Of a stretch of DNA of 55,857 nucleotides, positions 1-8,697 are shown piece after piece (positions within the stretch are counted from its first letter, which is position 1; each line of letters opens with the position of its first letter). This stretch comes from Ignavibacteria bacterium (lineage in GTDB: Bacteria > Bacteroidota > Ignavibacteria > Ch128b). Both the position numbers and the translations under genes were made by a program. Under the pieces are notes generated by a model. That model was not told the origin of the DNA. It searched no databases and saw only the letters and a program-made list of their open reading frames with translations. Location of the stretch: NCBI GenBank assembly GCA_049699815.1, contig JBNAWO010000003.1:1-55857 (forward strand). The letters run 5' to 3'.

Positions 1-106
1 TTATAAAATTATATTCTTTGTCTTAATCATCTAAATTTTGATGGAGTGGGATTGAATGTTTGAACTCTCTAAAATCTTTTTTGAACTTGATAAAATAATT
101 GAATTG

Positions 107-159
107 AAAAAGAAAAAGCATTTACCTTTATCAGATTTAGAGAAAAGAAAGGTAAATGC
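107..159 (-). terminator. Rho-independent terminator downstream of pncA
   Basis: Perfect 12-bp stem GCATTTACCTTT (118..129) / AAAGGTAAATGC (148..159). On the minus strand it is followed by a T-rich run (plus-strand A-run 107..117). Confidence 0.7.
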
Positions 160-185
160 AAGAATTATTCAAGAATATCTGGTTA

Positions 186-725
186 TTACAAATCGCTTGA
201 ATTTATCATTACGGCACCGGCTTCTTCCATCTCCTTGAAAGCTTTTTCAACATCGCCTTCATTTTGATAAATGCCTTCCACAGCATCTTTAATTACGAAA
301 GTTTTAAATCCACTTTTTAGTGCATCAAGGACCGTCTGTTTAACACAATATTCTGCTGTTAATCCTGTCACATAGAGTTCATCAACATTATTATTTCTCA
401 GATATTCAGCAAGATTTTCATTTGTTGCTTCAAATGCAGAATATCCATCATCTTTATTGCCCGTGCCTTTCAAAAATACTTTATTGATTTTTTCCGAATT
501 TAAACCTTCAGGGAAGTCAGCACCTTTTGTATTCTGAACGAAATGTTTTGACCATTTCTGAAAATGAATAGAATCTTCCGGATGCCAATCTTTTGAAGCC
601 AGAACAAGATCAAACTTATCCATAATCTTATTTAAGTCAGGAACAATAACATCACCTTTGGGAGTGGGCAGAGCTCCCCAGGGGCAAAAGTCGTTTTAAA
701 GATCTACAATAAACAAAGCTTTCAT
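186..725 (-). pseudogene. pncA: Nicotinamidase (PncA, isochorismatase family) interrupted by an in-frame TAA at codon 10
   Basis: The frame is continuous from ATG 725..723 to the stop at 186..188. It reads MKALFIVDL*NDFCPWGALPTPKGD..., with TAA at 696..698 where E. coli PncA has Q in VDLQNDFC. The downstream part keeps SKDWHP and the catalytic Cys context LTAEYCV. The ATG overlaps the pncB stop (ATGA). Confidence 0.8.
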
Positions 726-2140
726 ATTTTACCCTCCTTATTTTTTCTAATTAAATTATCTCGAAGCTCTAAAAGTTTCGGACTTACTCCAACTTTATAA
801 ATGTGCGGGAACTCAAAACGTTTGTGCTCATCAGGTAATTGAGAAAAACGAAATTCAACATAAGATGCAATTTCATTCACGGACTTTTTTTTCAAAATAA
901 TCTCACCATCTTTAAGAACCTGTTCTAAGATTTCTTCGCACTTTAAATTTTTTAGATTGCACTTTTTATAAATATCAAATGGATGAATCATTAACTCAAT
1001 TTCATCTTCATCATTCAAAGCAATGCAATCAGCATAAAATTTTCCTTCACCATTGAAATAACGATAGATCTTCTTTATTCCCGGTAAAGTTACTTTGCTA
1101 ATATCTTCAGATAATTTAATTGTTGGTTGATTTTCAATTTGACTTATCTTATAAACACCATCGAGTGCTGCGTCTTTTTGACCTGTAATCAAATTAGTCC
1201 CAACACCAAAAAAATCGATTGGAGCGTTTTGTTCATTCAGACTCTTAATTAAATATTCATCAAGTTGATTGGAAGCAACAATCTTTACATAGTCTAAACC
1301 AGCTTCATCAAGCATTTTTCTTGCTCTCTTTGAAAAATAAGCAAGATCACCACTATCGAGTCGAATTGCTTTGAGCTTTTTTCCTTTTTCTTCAAGCTCT
1401 TTAGCAACTTTAATTGCGTTTGGAATTCCGCTTCGTAATGTATCGAATGTATCAACTAAGAGTATGCAATTATCTGGGTAGAATTCCGCAAATTTTCTAA
1501 AAGCTTCGAGCTCATCACCAAAACTTTGTATCCAGGAATGAGCCTGTGTTCCAGCTGGAATTATATCATAATTAAATGCGGCAAGAACATTTGATGTGCT
1601 GTTTACTCCACCAATCACAGCTGCACGACTTCCAAACAAAGATGCAAGTCCTTGTGCTCTTCTTAATCCAAAATCAGAAACTATTTTTTCTTTTGCTGCA
1701 AATCTTATTCTTCTTGCTTTTGTTGCAATTAATGATTCGAAATTAATCACATTCAGAAGGAGTGATTCAATAACTTGAGTTTCGATTATATTTCCTTCCA
1801 CACGAATAATTGGCTCATAAGGAAAAACTATTTCGCCCTCTTTTGCTGAAAAAATGTGCCCGCTGAAACGAAATTCTTTTAGGTAATCAAGAAACTCATC
1901 TCTAAATCCTTTTGATTTAAGAAAATCGATTGCTTCAGTTCCAAATCGAAAAATTTGTATTAGCTCAAGTAAGTCTGATAGCCCGGCAAAAATAGTGTAA
2001 CCAGAATTAAAAGGATTGTTTCTAAAGAAGTAATCGAAATTAGCTCTTAGATTGTGTCGTCCACTCAAGAAATAACCTTGAGCCATTGTGAGCTCATAAT
2101 AATCAAGATAAAGTCCGAAATTATCGAATAGATTTTTCAT
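722..2140 (-). CDS. pncB: Nicotinate phosphoribosyltransferase
   Basis: 472-aa ORF with a typical NAPRTase N-terminus (YELTMAQGYF), GTQAHSW and RLDSGDL motifs. Translationally coupled to pncA. Confidence 0.9.
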   Translation of the reverse strand: MKNLFDNFGLYLDYYELTMAQGYFLSGRHNLRANFDYFFRNNPFNSGYTIFAGLSDLLELIQIFRFGTEAIDFLKSKGFRDEFLDYLKEFRFSGHIFSAKEGEIVFPYEPIIRVEGNIIETQVIESLLLNVINFESLIATKARRIRFAAKEKIVSDFGLRRAQGLASLFGSRAAVIGGVNSTSNVLAAFNYDIIPAGTQAHSWIQSFGDELEAFRKFAEFYPDNCILLVDTFDTLRSGIPNAIKVAKELEEKGKKLKAIRLDSGDLAYFSKRARKMLDEAGLDYVKIVASNQLDEYLIKSLNEQNAPIDFFGVGTNLITGQKDAALDGVYKISQIENQPTIKLSEDISKVTLPGIKKIYRYFNGEGKFYADCIALNDEDEIELMIHPFDIYKKCNLKNLKCEEILEQVLKDGEIILKKKSVNEIASYVEFRFSQLPDEHKRFEFPHIYKVGVSPKLLELRDNLIRKNKEGKI

Positions 2141-2236
2141 AGCAATAAAAAAATATAAAAAGCAAAGGAATTAAAGAAACCCTGAATTTAAAACTTTTAG
2201 AAATCAAAATAATTTGATTGATTTGATCCTCTTCAA

Positions 2237-2273
2237 AATAAAAAAGGTTTAGCAGAAATTTATCCGCTAAACC
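2237..2273 (-). terminator. Rho-independent terminator after the aminomutase operon
   Basis: Stem GGTTTAGC (2246..2253) / GCTAAACC (2266..2273). On the minus strand it is followed by TTTTTTATTTTG. Confidence 0.65.
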
Positions 2274-2301
2274 CTTCTGGGAAATTTCATTCTATGAAAA
2301 A

Positions 2302-3441
2302 TTACTCGTTGTCGTTTTGATTTTGAATCACCGGCAAAGAAATTGTTGAAGTACTTTCGTATGTTTCTGTAGGAGCGGGAATTCCTGACCTGTATTCTTC
2401 TGGTTTTACATCCGGATAGACGAAGGTTTCGTATTTGTAATTTCTTAAAATTAATTTTTCATCATCCTGGTATAAAATATATTGTGGCAATAAAGGGATT
2501 TTTCCACCTCCGCCTGGTGCATCAATAACATAATAAGGAACAGCAAGTCCTGATGTATGACCTCTTAACTTATCCATAATTTCAAGACCTACCTTCACAG
2601 GTGTTCTGAAATGGTTTGCACCTTTTGTCAGATCAGCTTGATAGAGATAATAAGGTCTAACTCTCATTAAAAGTAATTTTCTAAAAAGTTCTTTTATAAC
2701 TTCAGGATCGTCATTTACACCTTTCATAAGAACGGTTTGATTTCCAATTGGAATACCCGCATCAGCTAAAAGTTCACAAGCGCGTTTACTTTCAGGAGTT
2801 ATTTCCCACGGATGATTGAAATGTGTGTTCACATAGATTGGATGATATTTCTTCAACATCCTCACAAGTTTAGGGGTAATTCGATGAGGAAGAACTACTG
2901 GCATTCGAGTACCAAGACGAATAATTTCAACATGCGGGATCTGTCTTAGTCTCTGAAGAATTTTTTCAAGCATTGCATCGGTTAACATCAAAGGATCACC
3001 ACCAGAGAGAATGACATCACGGATTTCTTTATGCTCTTCAATGTATTTGAACGCTGCTTCAAGTCCTCGCATTGATATTTTTGATGAGTCACCAACTTTT
3101 CTTTTGCGCGTACAAAATCGACAATACATTCCGCATTGACTTGTTGTTAGGAAAAGTACGCGGTCTGGATATCTATGAGTAATATTTGGAACAGGACTCA
3201 TCGAGTCTTCACCCAACGGATCTTCAGGTGCATCAATATCATTGAGTTCTGTTTCGTCAGGAACGCATTGCAACCAGATTGGATCGCCTGGATATCGAAT
3301 TAGACTCAGGTAATATGGATTGATGCGAGCCTGGAAAAATTTATCCAGTCTTTCAGCCACTCGTCTATCGAGCTTGAATTTCTCGACGAGTTGATCGACT
3401 GAATGAATGCTGTCTCTGATCATTTTTTGCCAGAGTTCCAT
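2302..3441 (-). CDS. kamA: Lysine 2,3-aminomutase family radical SAM enzyme
   Basis: 379 aa with the radical-SAM cluster motif CGMYCRFC. KamA-type YQADLTKGANHFRTP and VIDAPGGGGKIPL blocks are present, with both acidic residues retained. Confidence 0.88.
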   Translation of the reverse strand: MELWQKMIRDSIHSVDQLVEKFKLDRRVAERLDKFFQARINPYYLSLIRYPGDPIWLQCVPDETELNDIDAPEDPLGEDSMSPVPNITHRYPDRVLFLTTSQCGMYCRFCTRKRKVGDSSKISMRGLEAAFKYIEEHKEIRDVILSGGDPLMLTDAMLEKILQRLRQIPHVEIIRLGTRMPVVLPHRITPKLVRMLKKYHPIYVNTHFNHPWEITPESKRACELLADAGIPIGNQTVLMKGVNDDPEVIKELFRKLLLMRVRPYYLYQADLTKGANHFRTPVKVGLEIMDKLRGHTSGLAVPYYVIDAPGGGGKIPLLPQYILYQDDEKLILRNYKYETFVYPDVKPEEYRSGIPAPTETYESTSTISLPVIQNQNDNE

Positions 3442-3443
3442 AG

Positions 3444-3929
3444 TTATTCCCCTTGATTTTGTAAGTATTTGCCGAAGATTATCAGGCTATCACCTTTTTT
3501 ATAAAAATCTTTGATGACAGCCAGCTCTTTGTAATTATTTTTTTTGTAAAAACTTCTTGTACTTTGATAATCATCGCGTGATGAAGTCTCCGCAAGGATC
3601 AATCTTCCATTTTTTGAAAACACATATTTTTCAGCATCTTTAATTAATTGTGTTCCAACTCCTGAGCCGCGAGATTCTGGATCAACAACAATCCAGTATA
3701 AATCGTAAACTCCATCGGTTAAAGCGCGATGTCCAATGCAGTAATATCCTAAAACTTTTTCATCATCTTCGGCAACTTTGAAGTAATAATCATTTTGATC
3801 TGGGTTGTTGATTACAATATCAATCAATTCCAATCCAACTTCTTTTTCTTCAGGTGAAAAATTTTCTGTTTTAAATAAAATTTCTTTTAATCTTTCTCTG
3901 TCTTCTTTTTTCATTTCTCTAATTTTCAT
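3444..3929 (-). CDS. GNAT family N-acetyltransferase
   Basis: 161 aa with a GNAT acetyl-CoA motif region (VVDPESRGSGVGTQLI). 2-nt gap to kamA and 4-nt overlap with the upstream ATP-grasp gene. Confidence 0.8.
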   Translation of the reverse strand: MKIREMKKEDRERLKEILFKTENFSPEEKEVGLELIDIVINNPDQNDYYFKVAEDDEKVLGYYCIGHRALTDGVYDLYWIVVDPESRGSGVGTQLIKDAEKYVFSKNGRLILAETSSRDDYQSTRSFYKKNNYKELAVIKDFYKKGDSLIIFGKYLQNQGE

Positions 3930-4975
3930 CTTTTTCTTTGTAGTGCAAATTCAATTATTCGAATTAAAAGTTGATCGTAACTTAATCCATAAGCTTTTGC
4001 TGCTCTGGCAAAACCCGCATCAATTGATATATCCGGATTTGGATTTACTTCAAGTATGAATGGTTCATTGTTTTTATCAATTCTAAAATCAACACGACAG
4101 TAATCACGACATCCAAATAAATTTGAAACATCAAGAGCAATTTGTTTAATCTTACCTGCCAATTTATCATCAAGGGGTGCAGGACAAACTGGAATAGTGT
4201 TTTTATAATAAAGACTATCTTTAATCCATTTACCATCGTAAGTTACAATTTTTGGTAGGTCATTGGGCAAAGTATCAAAACTTATTTCAGAAAGTGGAAG
4301 AGCAATTTTTTCTTTATCACCCAAAATTGCTGAATTAATTTCTCTACCTTCAATATATTCCTCAACCAGAATAGGTTGTTTTAGTGTATGATAGAGATAT
4401 TCGAGTTGTTCTTTTAATTCCTGTTCATTAAAAACAACTGACTGTTCGCTTATTCCAACGCTTGCGTCTTCCTGAGATGGTTTAACAATTAATGGAAACT
4501 CTGGCTTTGAATCAAAAATTATTTTTGACGGATTAATATATAATCTCCAATTTGGGACATTGTAGCCGGCGCCTTTCATAATTAACTTTGCTCGATGCTT
4601 ATTCAAACAAAGGCTCAGAGTAACCGCACTACAACCTGTATAAGGAATATCGTAAAGCTCGTAAATGCCAGCTATATACATTTCTTTAACTGCTTCACCA
4701 CCAACACTCTCAACTAAATTGAAAACCACATCATAATTACCTGAACCAATTTTTGAACAAAGCTCTTCGATATTATCAAGCAGATTAAAGACTTCTGTAT
4801 CAAAACCATTTTTAGTTAAAGTTTCCTTAATTGCCTCAAATTCTTCAAGCACTCCAATTTCTGATAAATCAATTGAATTAGAATATTCTGCTTTTACTCT
4901 TCTGCCGTCATAGCTTTCATAAATTCCACCAATTGGTTGGTTAAAGGCTAAAAGTATTTTAATATTTTCTTTCAT
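3926..4975 (-). CDS. D-alanine--D-alanine ligase-like ATP-grasp enzyme (paralog A)
   Basis: 349 aa with Ddl-family organisation (IPYTGCSAV..., KPSQEDASVGIS, EEYIEGREI, EVNPNP). Confidence 0.8.
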   Translation of the reverse strand: MKENIKILLAFNQPIGGIYESYDGRRVKAEYSNSIDLSEIGVLEEFEAIKETLTKNGFDTEVFNLLDNIEELCSKIGSGNYDVVFNLVESVGGEAVKEMYIAGIYELYDIPYTGCSAVTLSLCLNKHRAKLIMKGAGYNVPNWRLYINPSKIIFDSKPEFPLIVKPSQEDASVGISEQSVVFNEQELKEQLEYLYHTLKQPILVEEYIEGREINSAILGDKEKIALPLSEISFDTLPNDLPKIVTYDGKWIKDSLYYKNTIPVCPAPLDDKLAGKIKQIALDVSNLFGCRDYCRVDFRIDKNNEPFILEVNPNPDISIDAGFARAAKAYGLSYDQLLIRIIEFALQRKR

Positions 4976-6054
4976 ATTCCGTATCTTTTTCTTGCTTCAT
5001 TTAATACCGCATTAATCATTTCTTCGTAAGTCATTCCAGCTGCTCTTGCAGCCTTTGGGTAACAGGAATTATCCTTTGGATCTGGAAGAATTCCAGGCAA
5101 AGGGTTGATTTCAAGCACATTTGGTATTCCGTTTTCGTCCAGTCTTATATCTATTCTTGACCAATCTCTGCACCGCAAAACTCGATAAGTTGAAAGAGCT
5201 ACTCTTTCAATTTCAGTTTTTAATTTTTCATCTATGTTTGCAGGACATTCATAAATATCAAGAGGATCTTCTCTGGTATCAAAAATCCATTTTGCCTCAT
5301 AAGAATAAATGGGTAAAACACCCTCAGGCAATTCTTCAAATTTCATTTCAATAATGGGTAATACTCTTGCATCTTTTCCATTTCCTAAAATAGCAACTGT
5401 GAATTCTCGCCCATTAAGAAATTTTTCGACAAGAGCTGATTGATTATAAATTTGATGTATCTTCTGAATTTCATTAAACAATTCATCTTTAGTACTTACA
5501 ACAGATGAATTGAAAATTCCTTTACTCGAACCTTCGGCTACTGGTTTAACAATAGCCGGCAACGGAAAATCAATTGAAGTAAAATCTTCTTCTTTTTCAA
5601 TCAAAAGAAATTGGGGAGTTGGAATTTTGTAATATGAAAGGATTTCTTTTGTACGAGATTTATCAAGACAAATTCCAAGTGTGACAGGATCTGAACCAGT
5701 ATAAGGTATATTCAAAAATTCGAGCATTGCAGGAATTTGTGCTTCACGACTTATTCCATTAAAACCTTCTGCAATATTAAATACGATATCAGGATTTAAT
5801 TCACGAAGAGTTTCAAATGCATCGTTATCGGCTTCAACAAGAGTCACATTATGATAGATTGCTAACGCATTTCTTACTGCGTTAATTGTTTCTTCTGTGT
5901 CCCACTCTGCAAAAGTATCTTGATTAATCTCTGAGTTGTAATTGAACTTTTTGAGAAAAGGATACTTAGCCGATGGAGTGTCAAAACTTTCCTGTTTAAT
6001 ATTATAGGTGAGAACAACATTTAATTTCTTTTCAGAAGAAGTATAAGTACTAAT
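4972..6054 (-). CDS. D-alanine--D-alanine ligase-like ATP-grasp enzyme (paralog B); 5' end unresolved
   Basis: The ORF track starts at GTG 5847, but the frame stays open upstream to 6057. That stretch encodes an N-terminal region (KKLNVVLTYN...EWDTEETINAVRNAL) that aligns with paralog A. There is no ATG/GTG/TTG between 5848 and 6057. Candidates are ATT at 6054..6052, or ATG at 6081..6079 separated by an in-frame TGA at 6060..6058. Confidence 0.6.
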   Translation of the reverse strand: MSTYTSSEKKLNVVLTYNIKQESFDTPSAKYPFLKKFNYNSEINQDTFAEWDTEETINAVRNALAIYHNVTLVEADNDAFETLRELNPDIVFNIAEGFNGISREAQIPAMLEFLNIPYTGSDPVTLGICLDKSRTKEILSYYKIPTPQFLLIEKEEDFTSIDFPLPAIVKPVAEGSSKGIFNSSVVSTKDELFNEIQKIHQIYNQSALVEKFLNGREFTVAILGNGKDARVLPIIEMKFEELPEGVLPIYSYEAKWIFDTREDPLDIYECPANIDEKLKTEIERVALSTYRVLRCRDWSRIDIRLDENGIPNVLEINPLPGILPDPKDNSCYPKAARAAGMTYEEMINAVLNEARKRYGI

Positions 6055-6101
6055 AAATCACTCTCTCAATTTGTTCAACATATTTACTTGATTCACTTGC
6101 T

Positions 6102-6129
6102 AATATATTATTTAAAAAATTTTTGTCAA
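6102..6129 (-). promoter_or_regulatory. Putative sigma-70-type promoter of the ATP-grasp/GNAT/kamA operon
   Basis: On the minus strand: TTGACA (6129..6124), 16-nt spacer, TATATT (6107..6102). It lies about 20 nt upstream of the in-frame ATG at 6081. Confidence 0.4.
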
Positions 6130-6137
6130 TAGGTTTT

Positions 6138-6326
6138 AAATGTTTTTTAAAAAATTTTTTGAAGATGAAAAATGAGTCTTGAAGAAAAAATTTTTTTAAT
6201 CATCGATCTTGAATAAATGTTTTAAAATTGATTCAATTAAATTCTTAATTACAGAGAGTATGAATTGAAAAAATGTTTTAAAGTGTTCGTAAAGATTTTT
6301 TTGTTTTAAATTCTGTGAAATGTTTT
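6138..6326. repeat. Four direct copies of AAATGTTTT in an intergenic region
   Basis: Exact 9-mer at 6138..6146, 6215..6223, 6271..6279 and 6318..6326, between the panB stop and the ATP-grasp operon promoter. Confidence 0.6.
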
Positions 6327-6361
6327 TCAGGTATGCTGCTAAAATTTATAGCGAATATGAA

Positions 6362-7177
6362 TCAATAACTTTCTTTTTCGTTGGGAAAATCTCCGCTGCG
6401 AACATCTTCAATATAATGTTTAAACGCATCGAAGATTGTTTCTGAAAGATGTGCATACTTTCTAACAAATCGTGGATTGAATTCTTCAGTCAATCCAAGC
6501 ATATCATAAACAACAAGTATTTGTCCATCAACATATTTACCAGCACCAATTCCAATTGTTGGAATTTTAACTGATTGAGTAATTCTCTTTGCCAGTTTAG
6601 CCGGCACTTTTTCAATCACAATTGCAAAAGCTCCAGCTTCTTCAAGTGCTTTTGCATCGCGGATTAATTGTTGAGCTTCGTCTTTCTCTTTCCCTCTCGG
6701 TTGATATCCACCAAAACGATGAATTGATTGAGGAGTTAATCCAATATGCCCCATCACAGGAATTCCATTTGCTGTGAGTTTAGCTACTGTTTCAGCAAAA
6801 ATTTCTCCACCTTCAATTTTTACAGCGCCTGCATCAGTTTCTTTCATAATTCTTCCTGCATTACGAAATGCTTCTTCAATATTGGTCTGATAAGTCATAA
6901 AAGGCATATCAACAACAATCATTGCTCTTTTAACGCCGCGTTGAACAGCTTTTGTGTGATAAATCATATCATCAAGGGTAACAGGAAGTGTGGTCAGATG
7001 TCCTTGAAAGACATTGCCAAGTGAATCGCCAACCAAAATTATATCAATTCCAGCGCGATCACAAAGTCTAGCAATTAAAAAATCATAAGCCGTAAGCGCT
7101 GTTATTTTTTCTCCATTATTTTTCATCTCTTGAATTTTTCGCGTCGTAACTTTTTTTATTTCTGAAGATGCACTCAT
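6362..7177 (-). CDS. panB: 3-methyl-2-oxobutanoate hydroxymethyltransferase
   Basis: 271 aa with typical PanB blocks ([32 protein letters not shown]). Confidence 0.92.
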   Translation of the reverse strand: MSASSEIKKVTTRKIQEMKNNGEKITALTAYDFLIARLCDRAGIDIILVGDSLGNVFQGHLTTLPVTLDDMIYHTKAVQRGVKRAMIVVDMPFMTYQTNIEEAFRNAGRIMKETDAGAVKIEGGEIFAETVAKLTANGIPVMGHIGLTPQSIHRFGGYQPRGKEKDEAQQLIRDAKALEEAGAFAIVIEKVPAKLAKRITQSVKIPTIGIGAGKYVDGQILVVYDMLGLTEEFNPRFVRKYAHLSETIFDAFKHYIEDVRSGDFPNEKESY

Positions 7178-7920
7178 ATCAAGATCTCACTTTCTACAAA
7201 ATTAATTTCAAAAACTTTTTCGAAACCTCTTTTCAAACAAAACTTTAATCTCTCAAGATCAACTTCTGAGTTAAGAATCTCTTTCAACGAAATAGTCTTA
7301 GCATCAAGGTCATCTTTCAGAAATTTTTTTTCTTCATCATCAAGATTGAGATAATCGACAATTTTTTTGTGATAATCCCCGAGCAGTATTGATCCATGTT
7401 GAAGAATCACATCGTTAATTACTCTTTGAGCTGATCCAATTAACTTTTTATTCTGAAATTTAATTTCATTTCTTGCTGAACTTGAAAAACAGGGTATTGA
7501 GCGAGATGATTTGTAAAAATCTTTAAAGTCAATCTGAGCTTTTTCAAGTTCAACAGATTTCAGCCTTTCATCATAGAGATGTAAACCCTCAAGCAATGCA
7601 AAATTGATACTATAATAAATTTCGTATGGAGAAAACATTTCAAGAGGAGTTGTAACTGAATAAGTTAATTCATCAGAATGTAAGATAGCTCTGCCGCCTG
7701 TTGGCCGTCTAACTATATCTATTGAATCTCTTGCACATAATTCTTCGTTAATTGTTTCAATTTTTTGGTGATATCCAAGTGAGATTGCAAATGGTTCCCA
7801 CTGGTAAAAACGTAAAAATGAAAAACCCTCTTCTCTAACTTTATCCACGAGCCTTAGATCAAAATCCATATTAAAATTTCCGGAGTGCTTTCCGGTATCC
7901 AATATAAACCAATCTTTCAT
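7174..7920 (-). CDS. Lipoate/octanoyl-protein ligase family protein (BPL/LPL catalytic domain)
   Basis: 248 aa with [18 protein letters not shown] and KLIGSAQR motifs typical of LplA/LipM-type enzymes. 4-nt overlaps on both sides. Confidence 0.7.
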   Translation of the reverse strand: MKDWFILDTGKHSGNFNMDFDLRLVDKVREEGFSFLRFYQWEPFAISLGYHQKIETINEELCARDSIDIVRRPTGGRAILHSDELTYSVTTPLEMFSPYEIYYSINFALLEGLHLYDERLKSVELEKAQIDFKDFYKSSRSIPCFSSSARNEIKFQNKKLIGSAQRVINDVILQHGSILLGDYHKKIVDYLNLDDEEKKFLKDDLDAKTISLKEILNSEVDLERLKFCLKRGFEKVFEINFVESEILI

Positions 7921-8690
7921 TTGCTTATTCCGCGTCGACTCTTGTCAATAAATTCAAGCAGATTTTTAACTTCAGTAGTTTGTTTAACTTCGTTTTTAAT
8001 TTTTTCGACAGCTTGGGTTGTGTTGAAAAAAGGACTGTAAAGAATTGTATAAGCCTCTTTAAGTGAATTTATTGCATCAGATGAAAAACCTCGTCGTCTT
8101 AAGCCAATTATATTCAAACCTTCATAATGAATTGGATTTCCACTGAACAAAGTATAAGGTGGAATATCTTTAACTATTTTTGAACAAGCTCCAATCATAG
8201 AATGCTGACCAATACTTGTAAATTGATGAACTCCGGTAAGTCCACCAATTATAACATAATCTTCAACATGAACATGACCTGCAAGTTCAACTGAATTTGC
8301 CAGAATACAATTATTACCAACCACACAATCGTGAGCAATATGAACATAAGCCATCAGAAGGCAATTATTTCCAATAACAGTTTTCTTTGTCGCCGAAGTT
8401 GCTCGGCTAATTGTAACTGCTTCTCTAATTGTATTGTTATCGCCGATGAAAACTTCTGTATATTCATTATTAAATTTTAAATCTTGCGGAACTGCAGCGA
8501 TTACTGCACCTGGGAAAATTTTATTGTTTTTTCCAATTCTTGCTCCGTTATAAATCACAACATGACTAAGAAGTTTAGTTCCGCTATCAATTTTAACATC
8601 TCCTTCGACAATGCAGAAGGGACCAATTACGACATCATCTGCGATTTGCGCTTCACTTGAAACAATAGAGGTAGGATGAATTTCAGGCAT
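7917..8690 (-). CDS. lpxA: Acyl-ACP--UDP-N-acetylglucosamine O-acyltransferase
   Basis: Left-handed beta-helix hexapeptide repeats with an LpxA-type C-terminus. The start is set at MPEIHPTSIV (ATG 8690), because the longer ORF would overlap lpxC/fabZ. Confidence 0.88.
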   Translation of the reverse strand: MPEIHPTSIVSSEAQIADDVVIGPFCIVEGDVKIDSGTKLLSHVVIYNGARIGKNNKIFPGAVIAAVPQDLKFNNEYTEVFIGDNNTIREAVTISRATSATKKTVIGNNCLLMAYVHIAHDCVVGNNCILANSVELAGHVHVEDYVIIGGLTGVHQFTSIGQHSMIGACSKIVKDIPPYTLFSGNPIHYEGLNIIGLRRRGFSSDAINSLKEAYTILYSPFFNTTQAVEKIKNEVKQTTEVKNLLEFIDKSRRGISK

Positions 8691-8697
8691 AGGATTT

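Noticed and set aside
56-238. 60-aa plus-strand ORF at the left edge
   Set aside because: It runs through the pncA terminator hairpin and into the 3' end of pncA on the opposite strand. It is low-complexity and Lys-rich, with no recognisable family, so it is most likely spurious.
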